This document shows, piece after piece, positions 49,856-61,179 of a stretch of DNA of 64,000 nt (within the stretch, counting starts at the first letter, position 1; each line of letters opens with the position of its first letter). The position numbers were made by a program, and so were the translations under genes. The stretch is from Leucoraja erinacea. Taxonomy: Eukaryota. A model generated the notes under the pieces. The model did no database searches. It was not told the DNA's origin and worked only from the letters and a program-made list of their open reading frames with translations. Where the stretch lies: positions 106,826,001 to 106,890,000 of the forward strand of contig NC_073377.1 of the NCBI RefSeq assembly GCF_028641065.1, written 5' to 3'.

Positions 49856-52188
49856 CTCCTGTTAGGAAATGAGACGGGACAGGTGGCGGAGGTATGCGTT
49901 GGGGAACAGTTCGGGTCCAGTGATCACAATACCATTAGTTTCAATATAATTATGGAGAGCAGAACGCCAGAACTGGACCTAGGGTTGAGATTTTCGATTG
50001 GAGAAAGACTAACTTTGAGGAGATGCGAAAGGATTTAAAAGGAGTAAATTGGGACAGTTTGTTTTATGGGAAAGATGTGGAAGAGAAATGGAGTACATTT
50101 AAAGGTGAAATTTTAAGAGTACAGAATCTTTATGTCCCTGTTCGGTTGAAAGGAAATCGTAAAAATTGTAAAGAGCCATGGTTTTCAAGGGAAATTGGAC
50201 ACTTGGTTCGGAAAAAGAGGGAGATCTACAATAATTATAGGCAGAATGGAGTAAATGAGGTGCTTGAGGCGTATAAAGAATGTAAAAAGAATCTTAAGAA
50301 AGAAATTAGAAAAGCTAAAAGAAGATATGAGGTTGCTTTGGCAAGTAAGGTAAAAGTAAATCCGAAGGGTTTCTACCGCTATATTAATAGCAAAAGGATA
50401 ACGAGGGATAAAATTGGTCCATTAGAGAGTCAGAGTGGCCAACTATCTGCAGAGCCAAAAGAGATGGGGGAGATATTGAACAGTTTCTTTTCTTCGGTAT
50501 TCACCAAGGAGAAGGATATTGAATTATGTGAGGTAAGGGAAACAAGTAGAGTAGCTATGGAAACTATGAGATTCAAAGAAGAGGAAGTACTGACACTTTT
50601 GAGAAATATAAAAGTGGATAAGTCTCCAGGTCCGGACAGGATATTCCCTAGGACATTGATGGAAGTTAGTGTAGAAATAGCAGGGGCTATGGCAGAAATA
50701 TTTCAAGTGTCATTAGAAACGGGAATAGTGCTGGGGGATTGGCGTACTGCTCATGTTGTTCCATTGTTTAAAAAGGGGTCTAAGAGTAAACCTAGCAATT
50801 ATAGACCTGTTAGTTTGACGTCAGTGGTGGGCAAATTAATGGAAAGAATACTTAGAGATAATATATATAAGCACCTGGATAAACAGGGTCTGATTAGGAA
50901 CAGTCAACATGGATTTGTACCTGGAAGGTCATGTTTGACTAATCTTCTTGAATTTTTTGAAGATGTTACTCAGGAAATTGATGAGGGTGAAGCAGTGGAT
51001 GTTGTGTATATGGACTTCAGTAAGGCCTTTGACAAGGTTCCTCATGGAAGTTCGGTTAAGAAGGTTCAATGGTTGGGTATTAATGGTGGAGTAGCAAGAT
51101 GGATTCAACAGTGGCTGAATGGGAGATGCCAGAGAGTAATGGTGGATGGTTGTTTGTCAGGTTGGAGGCCAGTGACGAGTGGGGTGCCACAGGGATCGGT
51201 GTTGAGTCCACTGTTGTTTGTCATGTACATCAATGATCTGGATGATGGTGTGGTAAATTGGATTAGTAAGTATGCAGATGATACTAAGATAGGTGGGGTA
51301 GCGGGTAATGTAGTAGAGTTTCAAAGTCTACAGAGAGATTTATGCCAGTTGGAAGAGTGGGCTGAAAGATGGCAGATGGAGTTTAATGCTGATAAGTGTG
51401 AGGTGCTACATCTTGGCAGGACAAATCAAAATAGGACGTACATGGTAAATGGTAGGGAATTGAAGAATGTAGGTGAACAGAGGGATCTGGGAATAACTGT
51501 GCACAGTTCCCTGAAAGTGGAATCTCATGTAGATAGGGTGGTAAAGAAAGCTTTTGGTGTGCTGGCCTTTATAAATCAGAGCATTGAGTATAGAAGTTGG
51601 GATGTAATGTTAAAATTGTACAAGGCATTGGTGAGGCCAATTCTGGAGTATGGTGTACAATTTTGGTTGCCTAATTATAGGAAGGATGTCAACAAAATAG
51701 AGAGAATACAGAGGAGATTTACTAGAATGTTGCCTGGGTTTCAGCAACTAAGTTACAGAGAAAGGTTGAACAAGTTAGGGCTTTATTCTTTGGAGCGCAG
51801 AAGGTTAAGGGGGGACTTGATAGAGGTTTTTAAAATGATGAGAGGGATAGACAGAGTTGACGTGGAAAAGCTTTTCCCACTGAGAGTAGGGAAGATTCAA
51901 ACAAGGGGACATGACTTGAGAATTAAGGGACTGAAGTTTAGGGGTAACATGAGGGGGAACTTCTTTACTCAGAGAGTGGTGGCTGTGTGGAATGAACTTC
52001 CAGTGAAGGTGGTGGAGGCAGTTTCGTTTTTATCATTTAAAAATAAATTGGATAGTTATATGGACGGGAAGGGAATGGAAGGTTATGGTCTGAGCGCAGG
52101 TATATGGGACTAGGGGAGAATATGTGTTTGGCACGGACTAGAAGGGTCGAGATGGCCTGTTTCCGTGCTGTAATTGTTATATGGTTAA
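49856..52188 (+). mobile_element. Young 5'-truncated CR1 LINE with an uninterrupted 696-aa RT ORF (50023-52113)
   Basis: SPGPDRI, NYRPVSLTS, MDFSKAFDKVPH, GVPQGSVLSP, YADDTK; end of the APE domain (GSSDHN) upstream; short 3' UTR. Confidence 0.95.
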
Positions 52189-52257
52189 TAATCTGCTGTT
52201 TGTGTTCGAGAGCGAAAACTTGCAAAGGGCACGCATGGTTCCTCGCCAGCGAAATTG

Positions 52258-52475
52258 GACACAGAATGCTGGAGTAACTCAGCAGGACAGGCAGCATCTC
52301 TGGGGAGAAGGAATGGGTGACGTTTCGGGTCGAGACCCATTACTTCTCTCCAAAGATACGGCAACAGCACAGCACAAAACCAGTCTGAAGAAGGGTCTCG
52401 ACCCGAAACGTCACCAATTCCTTTTCTCTAGAGATGCTGTCTGCCCCGCTGAGTTACTCCAGCATTTTGTGTCTA
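52258..52475. mobile_element. Fold-back Penelope terminal pair with the best-preserved hammerhead-like core (52385-52412, +)
   Basis: GGTGACGTTTCGGGTCGAGACCC and CTGAAGAAGGGTCTCGACCCGAAACGTCACC are inverted copies. Confidence 0.8.
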
Positions 52476-52675
52476 TATCCCATGGCTTATAATGTCACCT
52501 CACATTGTAAAATCATTATCTGAAGAAATATCTCCTCGCCTCTTATACGTGGGAATTCGTGATCGTGAAAAGTGACCATACTGAGGGAATTCCCACGTAT
52601 AAGAGGCGAGGAGATATTTCTTCAGATAATGATTTTACAATGTGAGGTGACATTATAAGCCATGGGATATAGACA
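52470..52675. repeat. Perfect 89-bp inverted repeat with a 28-bp spacer
   Basis: 52470-52558 is the exact reverse complement of 52587-52675. Confidence 0.95.
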
Positions 52676-53143
52676 GAGCTGAATTCCTTTGTTGTTTTCT
52701 GTAGTAGGCCACCCAGCATGCAGCAGGGAAAGTCAAGTGTATAGAAGGTATATTTTACTGTGGCTCGGGCTGCTTCCCCATTTCAGATCCAAAGGCCAGT
52801 GCATCAGTAGCATAAATGGAAAATCACATTATTCACAGTGCAGCAAACATAGGAGAGACAATCAGTACCTTTTTCTCAGGGTGGAAATGTCAAAGACTAG
52901 AGAGCATTGCTCTTAAGGTCAGAGGGGAAATGTTTCAAGGAAATGTTTGGGGCAAGCTTTTTATACAGAGTGGTGCGTGGCTGGAATGTATTGCCTGGGA
53001 TGGTGGTGGAGGCAGATATGATAGTGGTGTGGCGGTCCCTGGGGGGGGTAGGTCACTCCTTGGATCAACCCCCTCACCGATTGAGGGACAGGGGCGTTGG
53101 TCTGCCATGGGGTTTCCAGACGACCCTGGGTTTAGTGCTCTCG

Positions 53144-53145
<2 letters not shown>

Positions 53146-53190
<45 letters not shown>
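53146..53190. repeat. (GT)n microsatellite
   Basis: About 22 units. Confidence 0.95.
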
Positions 53191-53191
<1 letters not shown>

Positions 53192-53467
53192 TGTACTCTT
53201 GCTGTTGGTATTAAAAGACTACTGTTTGAACCCGCCTGGCGTCTGGTCTTTTCCTGACCTTGACCAGGCCACTACACTGGTGACCCCGACGTGATTTGAA
53301 CACGCAGCCTTAAGAGGCTTATAGATAGGCACACGGAATGGAGCAATATGGAGGCAGTGCAGGCATTTGTAATTCAGCCAACCTTCCATCCATATTATTA
53401 TCCTCGAGTTTAGAAACACCACCTATCCAAGTACTCCAGCGATGCTGCCTATCCCGCTCAGTTGTTC

Positions 53468-54180
53468 ACAATCAATCACAATAATACTTTATTACCCAAG
53501 TATGTTTTGCAACATACGAGGAATTTCATTTGCCAAGTCAGTCATACAAATAAAAAGCAACGGAACACACAAAACACATTTTAACATAAACATCCATCAC
53601 AGTGACTTTTTCACATTCTTCACTGTGATGGAAGGCAAAAAAAAGTTAAAATCTCTTCCCTTCATTCTTCTCCCGCAGTTGGGGGCCTCGAGCCCTCCAT
53701 TGACGGGATGATCTTGTATCCCATAGCCGGCGGTCAGGCCCTCCATATCGGGGCGATCAGCTCCTGCATTGGGGGGGGATCTCGGCTCCCCCGCGACGGC
53801 AATCGAACTTCTGTGTTGTTGGAGCTCCCGACATCCATGGACTGGGAGCTCACGATGGTACAGTCCACAGGCCACGGTTGGAGCGATCGCAGGCAAGGGA
53901 TCTGTTCCGATGGCAAGTCCATGCCCCATGGTGGGGCTCAACGTCAGTCCGAGGAGGCCTCCAGCTCCATCAATGGTAGGCCGCAGAGCGACCTGGGATG
54001 CGGTCCGGAAAATAATCGCATCTCCGGGAAGGTAAGAAACTGAAAAGAAAAGTTTCCCCCGACTCTCCCCCTCCCCCCACATAAAACAAACCAGAGAAAA
54101 TTTACACAAACTTTTAACACACGCTAAAAAAATTAAAAAAGACAACAAAAAAAAAGACTGTTGGCGGGGCAGGTAGTCGG
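53468..54180 (-). mobile_element. GC/CpG-rich non-coding retroposon with a Rex1-type 3' stem-loop and tail
   Basis: Minus-strand end GTATGTT-GCAA-AACATAC..AATAAAAG..(GATT)n; splits a Penelope tail (GCTCAGTTGTTC|..|GGCATTTTGTGTC). Confidence 0.6.
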
Positions 54181-54864
54181 CATTTTGTGTCCTTTTGTGT
54201 AAACCAGCATTTGCAGTAGCTTGTTTCACTTAAGGAGCCTCTACTTTGGAATTTAGTAATACATAAAATTTGAAAAAGACATAAAATCTGCATTTAATTC
54301 CAACTGTTTTGAAACAATGGCTCCGGGTGAAATATTTCTCGTCTGCAATCTGTTAATCATTATATTTCAGTGAAATCAAATCAAGAACCCAACAGTACCT
54401 GAGGGGACTCAAGAGTCATCAATTCAATATTTCATAAGGTAGAGGAAACTCTTAACTGGTCTCCTGGCCTTTTGAAAGTCTTTGTTCACAATACCTGTAC
54501 GAAAAGGTTATTTAGCCAATCTCAGAGAACTGTACGTCTGATGAGCACTTTGGAGCTCTGGTCTTTCACATTAACACTGGTGCTCCATGTTAGGTCTCCC
54601 ATGTGGACCAGAGTGAAGATGAGCAGCAGTCGGATGGCCAGACATACTAATACTCAACTGATGCCACATGCCTTCTTCTCTCATATACTTCAAATTCTGA
54701 AATAGGCCCCCTTGCGGAAACTTTCCTTCATATCTTCTCCTTCTTTGAGAGCAGAAGAAATCTCAAGGGCAGATGGATAGAGAGGGTTTTTTTTTTTATA
54801 GCTATGAGGGAAAGCAGACTGGGTGGGGATTAAAGTGCATAGACACAAACAGGCAGGTTCCTGG

Positions 54865-55290
54865 TTCGAGAACGCTGATGCAATCATAAAGAAAGCACAT
54901 TAGTGCCTCTACTTCCTGAGAAGATTACGGAGAGTTGGTATGTCAAGGAGGACTCTCTCTAACCTCTACGGGTGCACAGTGGAGAGCATGCCGACTGGTT
55001 GCATTGTGGCTTGGTTCGGAAACTTGAGCACCCTGGAGTGGAAAAGACTGCAAAAAATAGTAAACACTGCCCAGTCCAGGGCAAAACTCTGAACATTAAT
55101 AGCCCATAATCTGTTTATTTGCATTTTATCAGTTTATTTATTCATGTGTATATATTTATACAATGGTATATGGACACACTGATCTGTTCTGTATTTGTGC
55201 CTACTATGTTCTGGTGTGCTAAAGCAAAGCAAGAATTTCATTGTCTTATCAGGGACACATGACAATAAACTCTTGAACTCTTGAACTTGA
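54865..55290 (+). mobile_element. Internally deleted Rex1/Babar 3' fragment of the same family as 30190-31845
   Basis: Near-identical CTCTACTTCCTGAGAAGATTACGGAGAG and 3' UTR with (CTTGAA) tail. Confidence 0.85.
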
Positions 55291-55720
55291 GGTTTGTATC
55301 AGTGAAGTAAGTTGGTGAAACAGCACGACTTGAGAAATTTAGATGCGAGGATTGGCATCAGGATATAGGTTAATACAGGACTGTGCTCACCTTTCCTACC
55401 GTTCAAAGGTCAGTATAAATGTAGTTGTACTGAATGCAATAGCTTGGTGCTAACACAGGTTAATGGATGCAACACCGTGGGAGTTCAATGAGTTATTTGA
55501 GGCAACTTCTATTGTTTCACTTGCAAGCTTCATTCACCCACCAGTTGGGGCCAGCATCATCTTTCAGCTTCCAGGTAATTTATTCTGTGAAACATCACTA
55601 AGTCACACTGTGTGAAAAATGCATTATATTTCAAGATCAGCTGCAGGAAGTTACCAATGGGAACTTTGGCAAACAGAAGCGTAGGTGGCTGTAGGAAATG
55701 GGAGCCGGCATATTTACATT

Positions 55721-55831
55721 GGTGGCAGGTTGAGGTGTCGGTGAATTGGGCAGCAGGTGGCAGGTTGAGGTGTCGGTGCAGTGGGCAGCTGGTGGCAGGT
55801 TAAGGTGTCGGTGGAGTGGCCAGCTGGTGGC
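55721..55831. repeat. 35-bp minisatellite, 3 units
   Basis: GGTGGCAGGTT(G/A)AGGTGTCGGTG.. at 55721, 55756 and 55791. Confidence 0.9.
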
Positions 55832-56419
55832 CCCACAGAAGTCGGATGAGCATGTAGACTGGGCATGGCTTGCATGGAGTGCCGGTAGAAGGCATTGACT
55901 GTATCACCAGACCAAGCCAACCCTCTGAAGAAGCTTTCCGATCCGATACGTCATCTATTTCTTTTCTCCAGAGATGTTGCCTGACCCGTTGAGTTACTCC
56001 AGCATTTTGCGTCTATCTTCGGTATAAACCCGCAGTTGTACTTCCTTCCCATGCCCCACATCACCTATCCAGTGCTGCCATCAGATTAACAGGGCGTTGA
56101 CACTCAGACAAGACTCACTATTCATTAAGTACTTGATACTTCCATGGTAGAAGATGGTGCCAGAAATGTTGCGACTATTTGTGTGGTACCTCAGAAGGAA
56201 TTGACTGTTTTACACACTACAATCGGTGCATTCTTTTATTATACACGATTGTGTTTACGTATAATATGATTTTTCAGAGTCGTATGTAAAACAAAGCGTT
56301 TTGCTGTATCTCAGTACACGAGACGATAAAGGAACTATTAATTCATCAAGTTTTACATATGTGGTTGTTTAAAATGTTGATCTGTATTGAACTTCAATTG
56401 GTCAGAATTTTTGGACGAG

Positions 56420-56781
56420 GAAACATAGAAACATAGAAAATTGGTGCAGGAGTAGGCCATTCGGCTCTTCGAGCCTGCACCGTCATTCAATATGATCATG
56501 GCTGATCATCCAACTCAGTATCCTGTACCTGCCTTCTCTCCATACTCCCTGATCCCTTTAGCCACAAGGGCCACATCTAACTCCCTCTTAAATATAGCCA
56601 ACGAACTGGCCTCAACTACCTTCTGTGGCAGATAATTCTAGAGATTCACCACTGTGTGAAAAATGTTTTCCTCATCTCGGTCCTAAAAGATTTCTCCAAT
56701 ATCCTTAAACTGTGACCCCTTGTTCTCGACTTCCCCAACATCGGAAACAATCTTCCTGCATCTAGCCTGTCCAACCCCTTA
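56420..56781 (-). mobile_element. CR1 3' fragment of the same family as 14372-15152
   Basis: Near-identical 3' UTR and (TTTCTATG)n tail. Confidence 0.9.
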
Positions 56782-56986
56782 TAATGATGAAATAATGGTG
56801 CAAATGCTCCTGGTAAATGTCAGCAAGTTAGGGATTTTGAGATATGCATATGAAAATACAAACATCCCAAATGTGCTGGCAGAATCTTAAACGTGAGCTT
56901 GGGACAGATTAATTTTCTTGCATTTATTGTTAAATGTTCCTGCTCTGTCATCTGATCACTTGACTCGTCTGTTAAATTATTGGAGC

Positions 56987-59900
56987 TAAAATAGAAAGAT
57001 TAAACGATAACTTACCGTTTGAAGTTTGATCTTTATTTTATGAGGTTGAAGTGAGGAATTACGTGAAGAGCCCGCCAGCCCGCATGCGCGTCAATCTTCA
57101 AAGTAACTGTATGAAACCACAGAATAGTTGCTGACCCAAGCTATAGGAAGATTAACGATCTTAGAACTACCGATAGATCTTTGTGAGAAGTAGGGTTGGG
57201 AGTGGAGGGCACGTAATCCCTCACTTCAACTTCTCATTAAATAAAGGTCAAACTTCAAACGGTATGTTCTCGTTTAACCTTTCTATTTTATTCCGAAGTC
57301 ACGTGAGTGACTACGTGAAGACTTCAAAGCTCTATGGTTTCATGCAGTAACCCAATCTGTGTGTACAACACTTAAACCATTAATGGTAGGAAAAAACATG
57401 ATTTATTAATATCATGATGATAACTTGCATACATGGCCATTGTTCTTAACTGGACCGTAGTCGCAATAGACTGTTGAGTTAGACAATAACTCATGCAACA
57501 CTGTGCCGAATTCTATCTGCAAATACCCAGACATATTCAACCAAATTTTATAATGTATTAACCTGTACTATGCAAACCTCATGCTATATGATGAAAGGGA
57601 AAATCCATTCTATTGGCTGCTAATGAGCCATCAGCAATATATTGAGACTATTGAATAACAAAATAACTATTTTCCATTTCATAGGTACTTGCAAACTGAG
57701 TGCACTTGTATACCTAATGACATCCCCGATCTCTGCTCTGGTGGGTATGCTGTCAACTTCAAATGTATGCAATCCTGCTCATTTGCATATGAGATCAGGC
57801 CCATAAACAAGCTACCCTAATGTCAGTTATGACGTAGAGACCAAGCCAAAGATCGAGCAAAGGCTGTGTTCTTTATGCTGAGATCAGTTGCTGAAACATA
57901 ATCATCTTAAAATACTGGTCACATTAGGAAAAAGTAGAAGAATATTTGCATAATAATTTACTGATATACATTGCACACTACAATGAGTGTAGGCTATTAG
58001 AGTGATCAAATAAAAGACACCCTGCATAACGTTAGTGAACAGTGGGTGAACAACCAATCATTTATTATCCCACTTATGGTACTACAGAAAATTACAAAGC
58101 AGCACAAGCAATGGCAATTGTGCCATCACACAAACGCTAATCTAGGCTCAAACTGGAAGCCACACAAACCTGTTACTTCCGTATAGAATTGACTCACATA
58201 TGTTGTTCACAAGGTTCTCATACAATCGTGCAGAGCTAGCTGCCCGAGAAGGCAGGTTGCCCCAGCCGTCACTCGTGACTGAGCAAATAAGCTTCAGCTG
58301 CCCTAACATGGCGTGAATAAATAGGCAATTTGGCACTGTTAAGTTTCATGTTGCCTGATTTGTAATATCACAGAAGGCATCTACTGATAACCCATAAGCT
58401 ATATCAGCTGCAATTTTTGCATATTACCTAAAACTTGATGACACAATGCCCTTTAATCCGAGTAGGGCAGCATAGGCTTTCAGCACTGGCTTTGTTATCA
58501 AAACAGCAGAATATGTGCCTCATGTGTATAGATATGGCAGAGTATGCAACTACAATATCGATTCTCTGAATCAGTTAAATTGCAGAAACCCAATCATCCA
58601 TCTTAAACTGGGTAAGTAAACCCATAATCCGATTAGCCAAATGGTAACCCAATTTGGCCTGCACCATGTCTCTGTCATCTTGAGAAGCATCAGAAATATA
58701 CCCTTCTGGTCCTTGGCCAGACCACTCATCCTCGGATGAGCTGTCACTGATTACACTCGGAACCCCTGTTCCTCCATTGAACCTACAGATGGAAAATGTT
58801 TGGCTTTTCTTCCCGCGGAAGATGCATTATTTAGTTATTCATACATTTCGTTGATAACATACAATCAGAACCTTATGACTAGAGCTGAAAACCACAATCT
58901 CCCTTTGATGTTGGAACACGAGTTCCCTGACAACTCTTGACCAAGAGTCACCACGAATACTCAGCATTTTCCCTCAGAGTGGAAATTAGTATAATGCAAG
59001 GCTGAACCAGGAATTACCTCGCAGTCCTTTGACTGAAACCACATGTCTAAGTCGTCAGAGTGCACAACACAATCTCTTCGACCCGCCACTCAATCAGGAA
59101 TACTGGTATTGAGAGCCTATGGATTATTATAAATACATTGTTGATTCACAACATGAACCTGCAGGTCAGATAAAAATTATATTATATGCCAGACCAGCTT
59201 CCTGCTGGTAACTACCTATCCCAGAGAGGATGGCAATGATGGCAATGAACCAGCAACTCTACCAACTGAGGAGAAATAAACCATATGTTGAGAAAGACTT
59301 CAACTACTTCATTCTACTGAGCAGTCTGATAACCTCAATCACAGACGATGATGCAGTGCTTCCCTGGTCACTATGACTCTTATGACCAGCCAGTTCCATG
59401 ATGGTCTACCCTGAACCAGGGCAACCAAACTGTTCCTACTTGGAACCCACAGAGGTTACTAGGCAAGGCACCCTGCCAATGTCTGCATCAACCTGATCTA
59501 TCCCACAGGCATTGAAAATGACCAGGCAGCCCGGGCAGCCAGCAAACCCAAACCTGGGCCGACAGACTGCTCCATTTACGGAGCTCCAGTCTACGGAGGT
59601 TAATAACGAGACATTACTTACCAGCGTCTCTGACCCCGGGTCAATTTGCTCATTGGAGCTTCAGCGAGGCTCCACTCGCAGACCCTGTCTGTCATGCTTG
59701 TCATACCTGTTAGATAGCTGAAGCCACTGGCCAACTCCTCCTGTAGTGGCCCGTCCGTCCCCGAGGGAACAGCAAATTTAGACGCAAGAGCAGGCAGCTC
59801 TTCCCGATGCGAATTTCGCACGTCATGCATTAAAGCATGGGATTCAGGCACATAGATCATACTGATCTCTGACACTCTCTTAGAGTGGGAGAAATATTGC

Positions 59901-61179
59901 ACCCCGAACCAGGCGTAGCCACATGCGTATGCCTCGGACTGCCTGTGCATGCTTCCAGAACACAAAGCATATATTGTGTCACCATCTCCAATAGTCTTTC
60001 GGGTGGGAAGAATATTTCAACCCTGAAACTAGGGTAGTTACAGGCATATGACTTGAACTACCTGTGCATGCTTCCGTAATACAGAGCATAATATTTGGCA
60101 CCATCTCCATCACTTCATTCATGCGAGTGGGAGGATTTATGCAACCCTGAACCAGGAGCTGCCTCAGGAATGTGTGCATATACTTTGACACCGTCTCCAT
60201 CACTCCGTTCATCCGAGTGGGGGGAATATTGCAACCCTGAACCAGGAGCTGCTTCAGGCATATGTGCATATACTTTGGCACCATCTCCACCATTCCTTTC
60301 AGCTGAGTGGGAGGAATATTGCAACCCTGAACCAGGAGCTGCTGCCTGACATGCCTTTGTAACACGGAGCATTTCTTGTGCCACAATCTGATTCATCAGA
60401 TGTTCTAATGGAGACAAATGCCCAATCACATCTGCCATAGATGTCCCAAATCATCCGACAAGACTTGTCCCACAGACTTGGCTTGACTTTGCCCCGACTC
60501 GGGGTTGTCAGGCTGCTCCCTTCAGCAGCCGAACTGGGACTAGTTGTGCAGATCGGTTCTCTGTTGGTATCATCATTATACTTACCAGACAGGTTGCACC
60601 TGCTAGTGACTCCTAGTCCTTGCCCCCTTCTGGAGCCCAAGCGGAGTATTACAGGGAAGGACTGGAGCGCCTGTGGCCCCCATACGACTCGAATGCACCG
60701 GCATTATAATCGGAGTCACCTCTTCCAGTTAGTCCACTAGACAGAGTGGGAGAAATACTGCAACCCTGCCAGGTGTTGCCATAGGCAATATGATTAAAAG
60801 AAGCCTATCTCCATTAATTTGACTGCTTTATCGATATGCACATAGTTGGAGTCTCTTATAAAGGAATCTTCAACAGTCCCCTCTAATGAGTGGAAATTAC
60901 CATGATGCCACCAGGTGTAGTCCCACAGGTGTCTATAGGCACAGCTCCAAAAAGGCTTCCTAAGCCAGGAGCTCTGGACTGCAATGACAAGTCCAATTTC
61001 ACTATAACCATTGGTGTATGTGATAATAAATGTCCTTTGTAATTATCATTTTTAACATAAACTTTATTGGCATGATAAGATATATCGTTATATTGCCAAA
61101 GAACTAAACATGACCTTAGAATGCTATCGACCACGATAGTCACAAACGTGACCGAGTGGCAACCGCTATTAATGCCAAC
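56987..61179 (-). mobile_element. Decayed DIRS1-type tyrosine-recombinase retrotransposon (right ITR and ICR present; 5' end not seen)
   Basis: 56987-57065 is inverted at 57210-57290 and followed by a copy of the left-ITR start (ICR architecture). Degenerate minus-strand remnants LISA*RTQPL and LTAYPPEQR (YR-like) and VDAF..PNCLFI (MT-like). Confidence 0.7.
59883..60348 (-). repeat. Imperfect 90-120-bp tandem repeats inside the DIRS gag-side region
   Basis: GAGTGGGAGGAATATTGCAACCCTGAACCAGGAGCTGC recurs at ~59883, ~60001, 60125, 60215, 60305 and again at ~60745; ORF repeat QLLVQGCNIPPT. Confidence 0.85.

Noticed and set aside
50023-52113. Long RT ORFs as host genes or a retron/defence-type RT system
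   Set aside because: Typical CR1, Rex1 and Penelope ORF2 motifs with LINE tails and 5' truncation.
52190-52258. CpG-containing stretch after the CR1 as a continuation of TLR7
   Set aside because: None of the three minus-strand frames gives recognisable TLR7 or LRR sequence.
53597-54229. 210-aa ORF and overlapping ORFs
   Set aside because: Chance ORFs in a GC-rich repeat with no recognisable domain.
54538-54580. CTGATGAG as another hammerhead core
   Set aside because: No stem II followed by GAAA downstream.
55721-55831. Regularly spaced repeats resembling a CRISPR array (also 60095-60348)
   Set aside because: Contiguous tandem units with no unique spacers, eukaryotic context and no cas genes.
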